IMG/VR virus record: IMGVR_UViG_3300021178_000001
Span: 1-64,000 of that record
Direction: 5' to 3' (one strand)
Length of the DNA: 64,000 nucleotides
Source: a virus
The stretch's first letter is position 1; each line of letters opens with the position of its first letter. The translations under genes were made by a program, and so were the position numbers. Below, in pieces: positions 1-10,399 of the stretch. The notes under the pieces are model-generated. The model did no database searches, was not told the DNA's origin, and saw nothing but the letters and a program-made list of their open reading frames with translations.

Positions 1-148
1 AACGACACAATCTGCGGAAAATTCAGGATATAGCGCCGTCATCAAGGATTATTCTGACAAAATGTTTGGAAAAACTAAGGATGACCCTTATTCTATCTTA
101 TCGATATTAAAGAGCTATTACAAAGGTACACAGATGAATATAATTTAA
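1..148 (+). CDS. 3' end of a gene entering the window; probable head-tail adaptor/neck protein
   Basis: Frame starting at nt 2 is open: TTQSAENSGYSAVIKDYSDKMFG...KGTQMNII* (TAA 146-148). Function inferred from position and resemblance to neck-protein C-termini. Confidence 0.4.
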   Translation, partial: TTQSAENSGYSAVIKDYSDKMFGKTKDDPYSILSILKSYYKGTQMNII

Positions 149-186
149 CAGTGTGCTTATCTGTTAATCTCTGATACATTTAAACT

Positions 187-1116
187 ATGCAAACTCTTGA
201 TAAAATAAATAATTGGGTCATCTATGCTTTGACATTTCCTAACGGAAAAAAGTATATTGGCTTATCTTCCAACTTAGAACGCCGTTTGCGAGATCATAAA
301 AGCCGTGCCAAGACTTTGCAAATGAAAGTTGGCCGTGCTATTACAAAATATGGTTTTGATTCAATTAAAGTGTCTACTCTAGCATCTAGCTTAACGCATG
401 AAGCAGCTTGCGCTCTAGAAATCGCTTTAATAAAGGAGTTTGACACTTACAAGTCGGGATACAACTCTAGTTTAGGTGGTGAAGGGGTCACCGGAGTTCC
501 GGCATGGAATGTAGGTATACCAGTTACTCGCGAGCAGAAGCTCAAGTACGCAGAGTCGCGAGAGTGTAGAGAATTTAGAGCTATAAATCGTGAAACTGGT
601 AAAGAAGTCTGGCGAGGACTTTTGCAAACCGAATGTTTGACTGCACTTGGTTTTCCGCAATCTTATAAAGGCAACCTGAATACATGTTTGTCTGGTCAAC
701 GTAAAACCATAGCTGGCATTTACTTCGAATACTTAGATGAGCCAAAAAGTGCGCGCGACGTATCTAAACATCTATATTGGGAAGATCAGAAATACAGAAG
801 TAAGACAACTAAGGCCATGTCTAAAGCTACCAACAAGCGCCGTTCAGAGATGTCTAAAAATGCAAACACGCTGTGGGCAGATTCAACTTATTCTGACAAA
901 CTAATGACTCAGCGTGCGGATCCAGCGTACAGAGAACACATTGCAAAGACACGAGGAGCTAAATTATTCGAAGTCTCAGAGCGCGAAACTGGAAAAGTTA
1001 TATGGTCGGGGTACAATCAGTCTGAATGTTGCAGATTTCTCGGTACTACAACTCCGCCTAAAAGATATCTTTCTGGCAAGCTAACTCATGATTACTTAGT
1101 ATTTAGGTATACATAA
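187..1116 (+). CDS. GIY-YIG homing endonuclease with NUMOD-type C-terminal DNA-binding repeats
   Basis: VIYALTFPNGKKYIG...LERRLRDH...E...GYN motif set; repeated 'RETGKxxWxG..Q.EC' units; AT-richer than neighbours. Confidence 0.85.
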   Translation: MQTLDKINNWVIYALTFPNGKKYIGLSSNLERRLRDHKSRAKTLQMKVGRAITKYGFDSIKVSTLASSLTHEAACALEIALIKEFDTYKSGYNSSLGGEGVTGVPAWNVGIPVTREQKLKYAESRECREFRAINRETGKEVWRGLLQTECLTALGFPQSYKGNLNTCLSGQRKTIAGIYFEYLDEPKSARDVSKHLYWEDQKYRSKTTKAMSKATNKRRSEMSKNANTLWADSTYSDKLMTQRADPAYREHIAKTRGAKLFEVSERETGKVIWSGYNQSECCRFLGTTTPPKRYLSGKLTHDYLVFRYT

Positions 1117-4020
1117 ATGACCTACGACGAACTCACATCTAAACTCCTCAAAGCTCCCTCCGACCTAGGATGGGCGGACGCCGGCGCGTCGTTGGCGACC
1201 GAGAACACCGACTCTCTCCTCAACCGCGTGGAGGACAAGTACTTCGTGTCTAAGAAGCACTTGAACGAACTCGCCTCAGAACTCAAGAAGAACTTGAAGG
1301 ACGGAGAGAACGACACCCACGCTCGGTTCAATCGGAACCGCACGATTTACTTGGATACTCCCGACCTCGACTGCTTCAAGGACGCGGTCTCGGGCATCAA
1401 GCCTCGCTTCAAGATGCGCGTTCGCCAGTACGCTCCGAACGACAAGCCCTTCGAAGACGTGGCTTACTTGGAGCTCAAGATCAAGACCGAGACCGGACTC
1501 ACCAAGAAAACTCGCTTCCGCATTCCGGCTTGGATGGTCCACGACATCTCGAACGGCAAACCAATTCCGACCAACGACGAGTTGGTCAACCTCAACCGCG
1601 AGATCACTCCCGCGGCGCTGACTCACCGCATCGGAGTCATCAACTCAGTTTTGTCCAAGTATGGTTTCCGTCGCCAGGTCGTGGTCGAGTACCAGCGCCG
1701 GGCCTACTCCAACGACGACGTTCGTGTGACCGTAGACGACTACCTGATGTACAAGGACAACCGACCCGTCGTCGAAGAGATAGAGAACGTCTCGGGCTGG
1801 AAGAGTGTCTCAAAGGTATCCGACCGTCTCAAGAACAACAACATGCTGATTCTCGAAGTCAAGCACAAGTCCGCTCAACCCCCGTGGATTTCAGAGCTTC
1901 TCAAGAAAGTGGAAGCCGAGCCCGTAAAGTTCTCGAAGTACTGCGCCGCTATATACAGCATGGTCGAAGATCCCAAGAAGTCGGACTCGGGTTCGTTGAC
2001 TCGCAACACGGTGATAGACATCGCGCCCTTGATGACTCTGTTCGAAGACGCTTCTCCGATGCAAAAGTCAACGAAGAAAGACTTGGCCAACATAGCTTAC
2101 GTAGTTCTTCGCGACAAGAACTTCGTCTTGGTCGGCAAGCGAAAGAACAACGACAAGTGGGGTTTACCCGGAGGTCGTTTCGAAGACGGAGAAGACAAGG
2201 AAGAAGTCGCGCTTCGCGAACTTAAGGAAGAGACCGGGATTAAACTTAAGTCCGGAGACTTGACTTACGAAGGTAAAAAGGTAGTTGAGACGGACGACGA
2301 GATCAAGACCGTTTACATTTTTTCTGGAAAGCATCCCGGAGGAGAGCCTGAGACGAAGGACGACGAGTTCTCCAGCTGGGAGTGGATTCGCTGCGAGAAC
2401 GGGATGCTGCCGGCTAAGATCTTAGAAGACAAGATGAACGGCCCGACCGAAGCCGCGTTTGAGAAGATGGGCCTCACGAAAGCAGAACCGATGAATAAAG
2501 CCGTGTCAAAGAAGACTCTATTTTACGTGTGCGTCGTTCCTATCAACTCGATGGGCCAAGTGTTGCTCGGCGAGCGCAAACAAGACGGCATTTGGACTAC
2601 TCCAGCCGGTGGAGCAGATCCCGGAGAATCTCCGGAACAAGCCGCCGTGCGCGAGGCTTGGGAAGAAGCTGGACTAGCCGTCATTCCCTCGATGCTCGAG
2701 TCCATCGGCATCAAGGAAGCTCCGAACGGAAAACCAGTTCACTGCTTCATGGTCCGCACCGACCAAACAAATCTGTCGGTCCGCATGGATCCAGACAAAG
2801 AAGTTGCGGCTTGGAACTGGTACTCGCGAGAAGATCTTCCAGCCGGTTTGTCTCGTCAGAAAAACGCCAACCGCTTGACCACGATCACGAGGGCTCTCAT
2901 GAAGTTCTACGGTTTAACTAAGGCAGAATTAGAAATGGATTCTTTGACAGACAAGCTGAACAAAGGTGGTCCCGGATCGGGTCAAGCAGGTCATATGACA
3001 GCCAAGAAACCGGGACACCCCCAAGTCGGCGGATCTACTCCCGAAGCTCCGACCGTCAACAAAGTCAAGGCTCACTTAGAGCTTCTCCGCAACGGCAGTG
3101 TTCTCCCCGGAGTCCACACCGCGTCCGGTAAGCCTATAGTGACGAGCATGGACTCGGCGAAAGCTCAAGGGTACGACGAGCAAGACCACGTCGACGCCAT
3201 GAACGTGCACTACAACATGGCTCAAAAAGTCAACGCCACGATCGAGAAGATGAAGATGGCCGGTAAAGAAGTCCCCAAAGAAGCCCGTGAGATAGCTAAG
3301 TTTCACGAGAAGCAAATGAAGGCCAACATGGCCGCTCGCGACCACTTAGAGGACCAAAAGAACGTGATGGCTCAGCGCAAAAAGAAACCGATCGCCGCAG
3401 TAAAGAAGTCAACCACTCAGATGGGATCCGGACTCGGAGACCGCGACTTAGACGTCGGTCAGTACGCTCAGACTCGCGCCCACGCCGACCGAGAGTGGCT
3501 GGAGAAGCTGTACGTAGGCATGGAGAACTCCCACTTCGGTGACTCTCCCGAGCACTTCCATACCGACAAGGGCGTATTACACTTGTGCAAGGTGGACGAC
3601 GGCTTGTACTCCGGCTTCTTCACCAACCAAGAGCTGGTGGGCGACGGGATGCTCCAAGACAACGCCAAAGTCCGAATCGAGCGCATCACGATTCCAGAAC
3701 TAGTTCAGTTCATGACCGCCAAAGAGTGGATCAAACCGGCCTTTGAGGACATTCCAGTCGCGCCGCCCGAACCCGTTAAAAAAGAGTTCAACGAGGGCGG
3801 ACTTCCCGCCATGTTCTCCGAGACGGCCCCGAGCGCCGCTTCAGAACCGCTCCAGGGCATCAAAGAGCCCAACTCTGTGGCCGTAGTCAACAGCCCAATA
3901 ATGGAGTCGTTGACCGAAAAGTTAAGTTCTCCTCCCCCTTCCGTTCCCAACATAGTTCAATTCGAAGTCAACGAGCAAAAGATCCGGATGCTGGAGCTAG
4001 TCTCCAAATTGTTGAGTTGA
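1117..4020 (+). CDS. Multidomain protein: VTC/CYTH-like (polyphosphate polymerase-family) domain, two Nudix hydrolases and C-terminal unknown modules
   Basis: RVEDKY, IYLDT, KMRVRQY, YLELKIK, YQRRAY, RVTVD, ILEVK and FSKY are VTC-domain motifs. Two intact Nudix boxes: GGRFEDGEDKEEVALRELKEETGI and GGADPGESPEQAAVREAWEEAGL. Confidence 0.8.
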   Translation: MTYDELTSKLLKAPSDLGWADAGASLATENTDSLLNRVEDKYFVSKKHLNELASELKKNLKDGENDTHARFNRNRTIYLDTPDLDCFKDAVSGIKPRFKMRVRQYAPNDKPFEDVAYLELKIKTETGLTKKTRFRIPAWMVHDISNGKPIPTNDELVNLNREITPAALTHRIGVINSVLSKYGFRRQVVVEYQRRAYSNDDVRVTVDDYLMYKDNRPVVEEIENVSGWKSVSKVSDRLKNNNMLILEVKHKSAQPPWISELLKKVEAEPVKFSKYCAAIYSMVEDPKKSDSGSLTRNTVIDIAPLMTLFEDASPMQKSTKKDLANIAYVVLRDKNFVLVGKRKNNDKWGLPGGRFEDGEDKEEVALRELKEETGIKLKSGDLTYEGKKVVETDDEIKTVYIFSGKHPGGEPETKDDEFSSWEWIRCENGMLPAKILEDKMNGPTEAAFEKMGLTKAEPMNKAVSKKTLFYVCVVPINSMGQVLLGERKQDGIWTTPAGGADPGESPEQAAVREAWEEAGLAVIPSMLESIGIKEAPNGKPVHCFMVRTDQTNLSVRMDPDKEVAAWNWYSREDLPAGLSRQKNANRLTTITRALMKFYGLTKAELEMDSLTDKLNKGGPGSGQAGHMTAKKPGHPQVGGSTPEAPTVNKVKAHLELLRNGSVLPGVHTASGKPIVTSMDSAKAQGYDEQDHVDAMNVHYNMAQKVNATIEKMKMAGKEVPKEAREIAKFHEKQMKANMAARDHLEDQKNVMAQRKKKPIAAVKKSTTQMGSGLGDRDLDVGQYAQTRAHADREWLEKLYVGMENSHFGDSPEHFHTDKGVLHLCKVDDGLYSGFFTNQELVGDGMLQDNAKVRIERITIPELVQFMTAKEWIKPAFEDIPVAPPEPVKKEFNEGGLPAMFSETAPSAASEPLQGIKEPNSVAVVNSPIMESLTEKLSSPPPSVPNIVQFEVNEQKIRMLELVSKLLS

Positions 4021-4074
4021 CTTTTGATATAATTGATACAAGCCTTTTCAAAAGTTAAGTTTTAGGAGACTCTG

Positions 4075-5541
4075 ATGCCCGACATCGAACAAGAAATTCA
4101 GCAAGTTGCAGACGGTTTAGAGAAGTCCACTCAGACTCCCAAAGAACGGTTGTTCGAGACTATCAGACACTTGGGTCCCGCAGAACTCAGAGCTCGCATG
4201 GCTGGTCTCGAGAAGAGCGAGAAAGAGTTGCTCTTGGACGCCTTGACCGAGATGAAGAAAGCCGTCGAGATGGACAAAGAGTACGCCGCCGAGTACGTTC
4301 AGGGCAAGCTCAAGGCCACTAAGATTCAAGAAGACAAGGCAGACGACGACCAAGACGAAAAACTCGTGTTTAACTCTCCGGAAGCCGTCACCGTCAACCA
4401 CCAAGGCACTCCGACCAACGGTTGGGAAGGCCAAGTCATTAAAGGTAAAAAAGACATGTCTGATAAAAAAGAGCCGAAAGATTCCAAGATCAAAGAAGCA
4501 AAGAACCAACCCGAAGACGCCGAGGACCACCAACTTCGCAGCATGAAGAAGTCGGTCGAGATCCTCAAGAAGCACGGCGCCATGATGCTGGAGATGTACC
4601 CGGACGACATCGAGAAAGCTCACGTCGGTTTCGCTGCCGTAAGCGCCAACGCCGCCAAGCACGGAGCCGACGACCCAGACGCCGTCGCAGCCGCCGTGGG
4701 ACGCAAGAAGTACGGTAAAGAAGGAATGGCTAAGCTAGCCGAAGCGGGCAAGAAAAAAGAAATGAAGAAGGGCGAGGACATGGAAAAAGCTTACGGTGAG
4801 GGAATGTGCAAGAAGCAAGGTGTTCCAGAAGGCATAGACCCAGCCAAGCAAGAGCGCTGCGTGCGCAAGCTCAAGGGTGAGAAGGGCAAGAACGCCTACG
4901 CGATCTGCAACGCTTCCATGAAGAAGGGCCTCCCAGTAACGACTGAAGTTAAAGAAGCCCTCCTCGAGATCAAGAAGTCGATCGAAGAGCAGCTCCAAGG
5001 CTTCGGTCAAGAAGCTACCCCAGAACTGATCAAGGCTGAGATGAAGCGCCTCCTCAAAGAAGAAGACCAAGACGGTGACGCTCCCGAGATGAACGTCAAG
5101 ACTCGTGCCAACAAAGAAGACGTGGCAGCTCTCGACCTCGCCGAAGACAACAAGAAAGCTCAAAAGAAAGTGGACGACGAGAAGCAAGGTCAAAAGGGCG
5201 AAGTGAAGAAAGCGATTTGGGGCGGCGAGAACGACCTCCTGAAAGCCAACACGAACGGACGCAACTTTCACTTCTCGATGGAAGAGCACCTCGCTTGGCT
5301 GGAAGTCAGCAAAGCCGGTGTTAAAGTAGAAGACTTGAACAAGTCCAGCGAGAAAAAAGACGACTTGAACGACATCATCGCCAAGTCTCAGGACACGACC
5401 TGGGGTCACATCGAGTGCGAGACCTTGATCAAAGCCAACGACGCCAAGCGCGGTAAGGTATTCAAGTCCTTCGAGAACAAAGAGATTCAAGAAGCTTTGG
5501 GACTCACTGACGAAGAGGCCCGTAAGATATTAGGGGAATAG
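4075..5541 (+). CDS. Highly charged probable internal head/scaffold-like polyprotein
   Basis: K/E/D-rich; about 16 copies of hydrophobic-x-K-[S/A/G]; GATATAAT promoter-like box near 4026 and AGGAG RBS upstream. Confidence 0.55.
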   Translation: MPDIEQEIQQVADGLEKSTQTPKERLFETIRHLGPAELRARMAGLEKSEKELLLDALTEMKKAVEMDKEYAAEYVQGKLKATKIQEDKADDDQDEKLVFNSPEAVTVNHQGTPTNGWEGQVIKGKKDMSDKKEPKDSKIKEAKNQPEDAEDHQLRSMKKSVEILKKHGAMMLEMYPDDIEKAHVGFAAVSANAAKHGADDPDAVAAAVGRKKYGKEGMAKLAEAGKKKEMKKGEDMEKAYGEGMCKKQGVPEGIDPAKQERCVRKLKGEKGKNAYAICNASMKKGLPVTTEVKEALLEIKKSIEEQLQGFGQEATPELIKAEMKRLLKEEDQDGDAPEMNVKTRANKEDVAALDLAEDNKKAQKKVDDEKQGQKGEVKKAIWGGENDLLKANTNGRNFHFSMEEHLAWLEVSKAGVKVEDLNKSSEKKDDLNDIIAKSQDTTWGHIECETLIKANDAKRGKVFKSFENKEIQEALGLTDEEARKILGE

Positions 5542-5577
5542 TTCCTCCTCAACGATTTATAAAGAGTCACCACGAGA

Positions 5578-5624
5578 GCCGGGGAAAGGAGTTCAAACAG
5601 CTGACTTCCCCGGCTAGTTTATTT
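5578..5624 (+). terminator. Stem-loop followed by T-rich tract
   Basis: AGCCGGGGAA (5578-5587) pairs with TTCCCCGGCT (5606-5615), followed by AGTTTATTTT. Confidence 0.5.
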
Positions 5625-5636
5625 TAGGAGTCTAGG

Positions 5637-5942
5637 ATGGATCTGAACGACGCGAAAAGCAAGTGGAGTAAGTTCGTGTCTTCATTGAACGACCAAGGCG
5701 TACCAGTTCCGATGATCAGGGACCCAAAGACTGGCAAGGGATCAGTTTCTTTGACTTTGGTGTTTGTCAGCTTCAACGTGTGTCTGATCTCTTTCTTCGG
5801 TAGAGCCGCCGGGTTCTTTGGGGGAGTCAGTCAGACAGAGTCATTCAACATGTTTTTGGCCGCGTGTGGACTTTATTTCGGAAGAAAGTTTCAAAAAGAC
5901 GGTTCTAAAGTTGAAGTGTCAGAAGAGAAGAAGGACCGATGA
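5637..5942 (+). CDS. Small two-TM membrane protein, possible holin
   Basis: Two hydrophobic stretches and a charged C-terminus; AGGAG RBS. Confidence 0.45.
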   Translation: MDLNDAKSKWSKFVSSLNDQGVPVPMIRDPKTGKGSVSLTLVFVSFNVCLISFFGRAAGFFGGVSQTESFNMFLAACGLYFGRKFQKDGSKVEVSEEKKDR

Positions 5943-7102
5943 GCAAGTACGGACACAACAACGCGACTAAAAAAGCTCGAGGTTGGAACGTTCCCGAACC
6001 CGTCGTTTTGCCCGAAATCAATCCTCAAGGCCGCATCGACTTAGACCCATCTAAGTTTGACTTACTGATTCAGCAAAAAGGCATCGTTGCAAAAGTTTAC
6101 CGCACTTTGTATTGCCCAAACGTTAAGAGTTGCGATGGGGCCGAGCATGAAATCGACTGTACTTTTTGCAACGGTTCCGGTTTCTTGGACGTCGACCCGA
6201 TATGCGTCTATGTCTTCATTCAGACTCAAGAACTCGACAAGCTCCCGAACGTCGAGGGATTCGTGGACGGCAACACCGTGCTGATCACCTTCCCGATCGG
6301 CGTCGAGATGCAGTACTTCACCAAGATCGAGCTCCACGACTTCACTGAGGTTTATCCCCAGCGCGTCTTGAGGAAACCCGGAGCCTTGACGGATATCCTA
6401 AAGTACCCCGCGTGTCGAGTCAACGTGCTCATCGACCGCAACCAAATTCGATACTTCCAAGAGATGGACTTCACTTTGGACTTGAACGGCAACGTCAAGT
6501 GGCTGACTGCGGGAGACCAGCAAAAAGTAGCTTTCTCGGCGGTCCCAGACTCGGGTTCGTTCACTCTGACTTTCGGATCGTTTACCACCGCTCCAATTCC
6601 GTTCAACGCTTCGGCCGCTCAAGTGGAAGCGGCTTTAGAGTTGACCTCGGTTTTGGCCAACGTGACGGTGACGGGTGACTTCACGACTGGCTTCAAGGTG
6701 ACGTTCGTCGGAGTTGACTCTCCCGTCGCGCTGTTGACCTCGAGCTCGTCTCTGGCACACGGGGTCACTCCCGTGACGATCGCAGTGACCGACGTGGCGA
6801 TCGCGGCCCGCAAGCCGAACGACAACGAGCCGTACTCCATCCACTACGAGGCGAGGGTCCAGTACCGCGCCAAGATGGCGGTGCACTCCAACCGCTTCAC
6901 TCAGTTCGCCACGGGCAACCAGATCCAGCACGTGAAGATGAACGAGCAGTGGTACTGTGCCAAAGAGTTTTTGGTCAAGCTCACCGACAAGTTCACGGCC
7001 GTCGAGTTGCAGCAGGGACCTTACGACGCGCACAAAATTGTCATCGAAGACGGCGGAGACCCGGCGGGATCAGGTTCCGGCGGACCGGACGACAGTGATT
7101 AG
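5939..7102 (+). CDS. Neck/head-completion protein with an inserted beta-sandwich surface domain
   Basis: CP...C..CNGSG zinc-like motif seen in myovirus neck proteins; insert GSFTLTFG..TTAPIPFNASAAQVEAALE resembles a surface-protein repeat domain. Confidence 0.5.
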   Translation: MSKYGHNNATKKARGWNVPEPVVLPEINPQGRIDLDPSKFDLLIQQKGIVAKVYRTLYCPNVKSCDGAEHEIDCTFCNGSGFLDVDPICVYVFIQTQELDKLPNVEGFVDGNTVLITFPIGVEMQYFTKIELHDFTEVYPQRVLRKPGALTDILKYPACRVNVLIDRNQIRYFQEMDFTLDLNGNVKWLTAGDQQKVAFSAVPDSGSFTLTFGSFTTAPIPFNASAAQVEAALELTSVLANVTVTGDFTTGFKVTFVGVDSPVALLTSSSSLAHGVTPVTIAVTDVAIAARKPNDNEPYSIHYEARVQYRAKMAVHSNRFTQFATGNQIQHVKMNEQWYCAKEFLVKLTDKFTAVELQQGPYDAHKIVIEDGGDPAGSGSGGPDDSD

Positions 7103-9752
7103 TCTCCGTCTTCACAGTTCATCTTTGAACAAACAGTTAAATATGGAACGCTATCTTCTAAGTCTTGCAGTTCGTCTGGAACAATTCGTCCTTTTGACAC
7201 TAGCCTGAATCTTTTGATCGCCAGTTTCTCTCTCTTTTTTATCTGACTCATAGCACGACTTAGAAACTTTGTTAAATCATAGTTCAAGTTGGCTTCTAGG
7301 TTCATGGAGACTTTTTTGATCTCAATCGGTGTCTTACTCCACGCTTCTACAAAGTCTTTAGCCCAGTTCTCATACGGAATTTCGTCCAGCAATACGCGGT
7401 CACAGTTTAGAACTCTCCATCGGTCTTCTGCGTAAGAGTTATATGCGCTGTCGGATTTGTCGTTTTCTTGACATGCACCCCACGATCTTCTACGTTCTTG
7501 AATGCTGTATTTTTCAATTCGTAATTTCATTTTAAACTCCTTCAAGGACATTCTAGTGGATTGTGACCGTTTTTAGTTAGCACTCTTACACACCGTTCGT
7601 GAGCTTGCTTATAAGATGTGAAAGAACTCACCAAATTTTCTACACTGAAAATAAGCACGAACACTTGGAATAAGAACATAATACAAATGAATTTCACGCT
7701 ATCCCCTTGTTTCTCTCGACTCGTCTCCAACCCAAACTCTCTAGTTCTCTAACTTCACTCTCGACGGGACCCAGCAGCGCGTACAACGTGCCCAAGAACT
7801 TGAAGTTCCGGTCGTGCAGGTCGCACGTAGCGTCGATCTGGCAAAACCCTTGGTCGGTCTGATAACCCGACGCTTGGACGTGTATGACGTCCTCGCCCTT
7901 CCGCAGCCAGTAGTGTTTTGACTCGTTCTCGTGCATTTCAGTGACTCGCCTCCACTACCGTGTCATCCAAGAACGGGTGTCTGATTTTTCCTAAAATCAC
8001 TTCCGAGTTCCACTCTCCCATGTACGACAGTTCGACCTCGTCGTGGTGCCCCAGACAAAACACTAGGCGCACTTGGGACGTCAAGTCTTCGATGGTGTCA
8101 GTGACCAACCTCAACCGCCGGCACAAATAAAAGTCCATGGACTCGCTGTTGGCGGGGATGGCGACGTACTGGGCGTCGGTTCTGGTGTCTTTCTTGTACA
8201 AGAATCTCATGGGTGTTCCTCAATCGTTCGTTTTGTAATCATGGCTTTGTCAAAGTTACACTTAACTTTCGCGTTCCATTTTTCAGCTTCTTTCTTTGCG
8301 TGGTCTTCAGAAAAGAATAGTCCAATTTGAACGTCGCCGCCTGGACTCGATCGCCAAACTTCGTAGACTTCTACGCGGTCGTCTGTGCGCTTGTCCATAG
8401 GTCCATAGTAGAACACCGGATGAGAGTTGTCGTCCTCATACGTTTCTTGAGCGTCTGGACGATGCACTTGAAGATGTTGGTGAACTAAAGCCAAGACATC
8501 CCCCCATTGGAGATCATGTTGATCGACCATGCGATCTAGGACTTTCTCCAAGTCGAGCAAAATGTCACCCAGTCTCTCTCGTTTCTTCTTCATCATGTTA
8601 TTTCCTACAGTGGTGCGACATGTTGTTTATCCAGAGTGCCGTCATAGCTCCTATGACTTGGCCAGTGTTACTAAACCCAAAGTACCGCATACCGAATATA
8701 CATAAGATGATGGCAGGCACTTCTAAAGTAGCAAAACACAAACGCATAAGTAATCTCTTCATTTGATCTTCGCCTTTCCTGGATCGCCGGCGCCCCAGTA
8801 AGGCCTCGGCATGAATTCTTCGGGCTTCATGTCGTCCAGCAGCCACCTGGGCTTCGCCATGACGACGTCTACGTAAGCTTCTAACTTGAGAGCTTCCACG
8901 ACGGCTAGTGCCCACTCACAGCCAGACCCAGACCAAACTACGATGTAGTGTCCCTTGTGGTGGTGGGTCATCAGTGACTCCACGTTGTCGGAGTAGACTT
9001 GGTAAGTAGCTTTTACATCGTTGAAGTCAATTTCTATGACGCCACGAATATTGATGCATTCTGGAATATGCTCTAATTGAGACCAACTCACGAGAGTGTC
9101 GTCTACATCTACACAAACGACTAAGTCACTCTTTAAAATTTGCACCTAAAACCCCCAACCAAATGTAAATTGCCCGCCGTTTGATCTTACCGTAGTATTT
9201 ATCGAAGGCATCGCGCCGTTGTTTTTTATCAACAGCGTTGAAACTTCTCGGTCTTTGATCACTTTCGCCGTAAATAAAGTCACAGCCAGCACTTCGGGCC
9301 CGGTCACAGACACCGCTTTGGATTGAGCTATCTTTGTCGCCTTGTCCTCTACGTTCGCGGTGCTTTGCTTCACGTTGTACTGCAAAGACGCAGCTTCCAC
9401 CGCCTTAATGCAAGCGGCGTGTTGGTTGCCATACAACCCGACGCACGCTTGAGTGATCATGAACTCGATCAGCATTTGGCTTTCCTCAACTTACTCTTCT
9501 TCAACTTAGCTTCCTCGCGACATGCCTCAAACTTCTTGCCGTGACCTCGGGTTCTCTCTATGACGATCTCAGTCCGACCTCCGTGAGAGTGGAGCTCGTG
9601 TACGGCCCGAACGTTCTCGAACGTAGTGATCGTCATCCACTTTGACAGCCAAGTCATGGCGATGTGCCCGGTGTCGAAGATAACTCCCTCGGCTACGACT
9701 CCGAGACCGGAGTGCCCGTGGACATCTGAGTGTCTGAGTAAGTAAAAAGTTT

Positions 9753-9756
<4 letters not shown>
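7099..9756 (-). CDS. Cassette of about 9 small, tightly packed hypothetical genes
   Basis: Abutting or overlapping minus-strand ORFs such as 7099-7551, 7694-7936, 7938-8210, 8207-8596, 8759-9145, 9146-9475 and 9469-9756, several with ATGA-type overlaps. Confidence 0.65.
8759..9145 (-). CDS. HAD-superfamily phosphatase-like protein
   Basis: VCVDVDDTLV (DxD motif I), VVWSG (motif II), KP and LLDD motifs. Confidence 0.7.
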   Translation of the reverse strand: MQILKSDLVVCVDVDDTLVSWSQLEHIPECINIRGVIEIDFNDVKATYQVYSDNVESLMTHHHKGHYIVVWSGSGCEWALAVVEALKLEAYVDVVMAKPRWLLDDMKPEEFMPRPYWGAGDPGKAKIK

Positions 9757-10331
<575 letters not shown>

Positions 10332-10348
10332 TGTTTACTCCTAGATCA

Positions 10349-10377
10349 ATCGTAAATCAAATTAGTAAGTTTGTAAA
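10349..10377 (-). promoter_or_regulatory. Sigma70-type promoter driving the first minus-strand cassette
   Basis: TTTACA-N17-TACGAT on the minus strand, upstream of the AGGAG RBS of 10331. Confidence 0.7.
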
Positions 10378-10399
10378 CTGTGTCTTCTCAGACACAGCC

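Noticed and set aside
187-1116. Group I intron hosting the GIY-YIG gene, and likewise for the HNH genes
   Set aside because: Flanking genes end and start cleanly and there is no room for an intron core. The endonucleases appear free-standing, most with their own promoter box.
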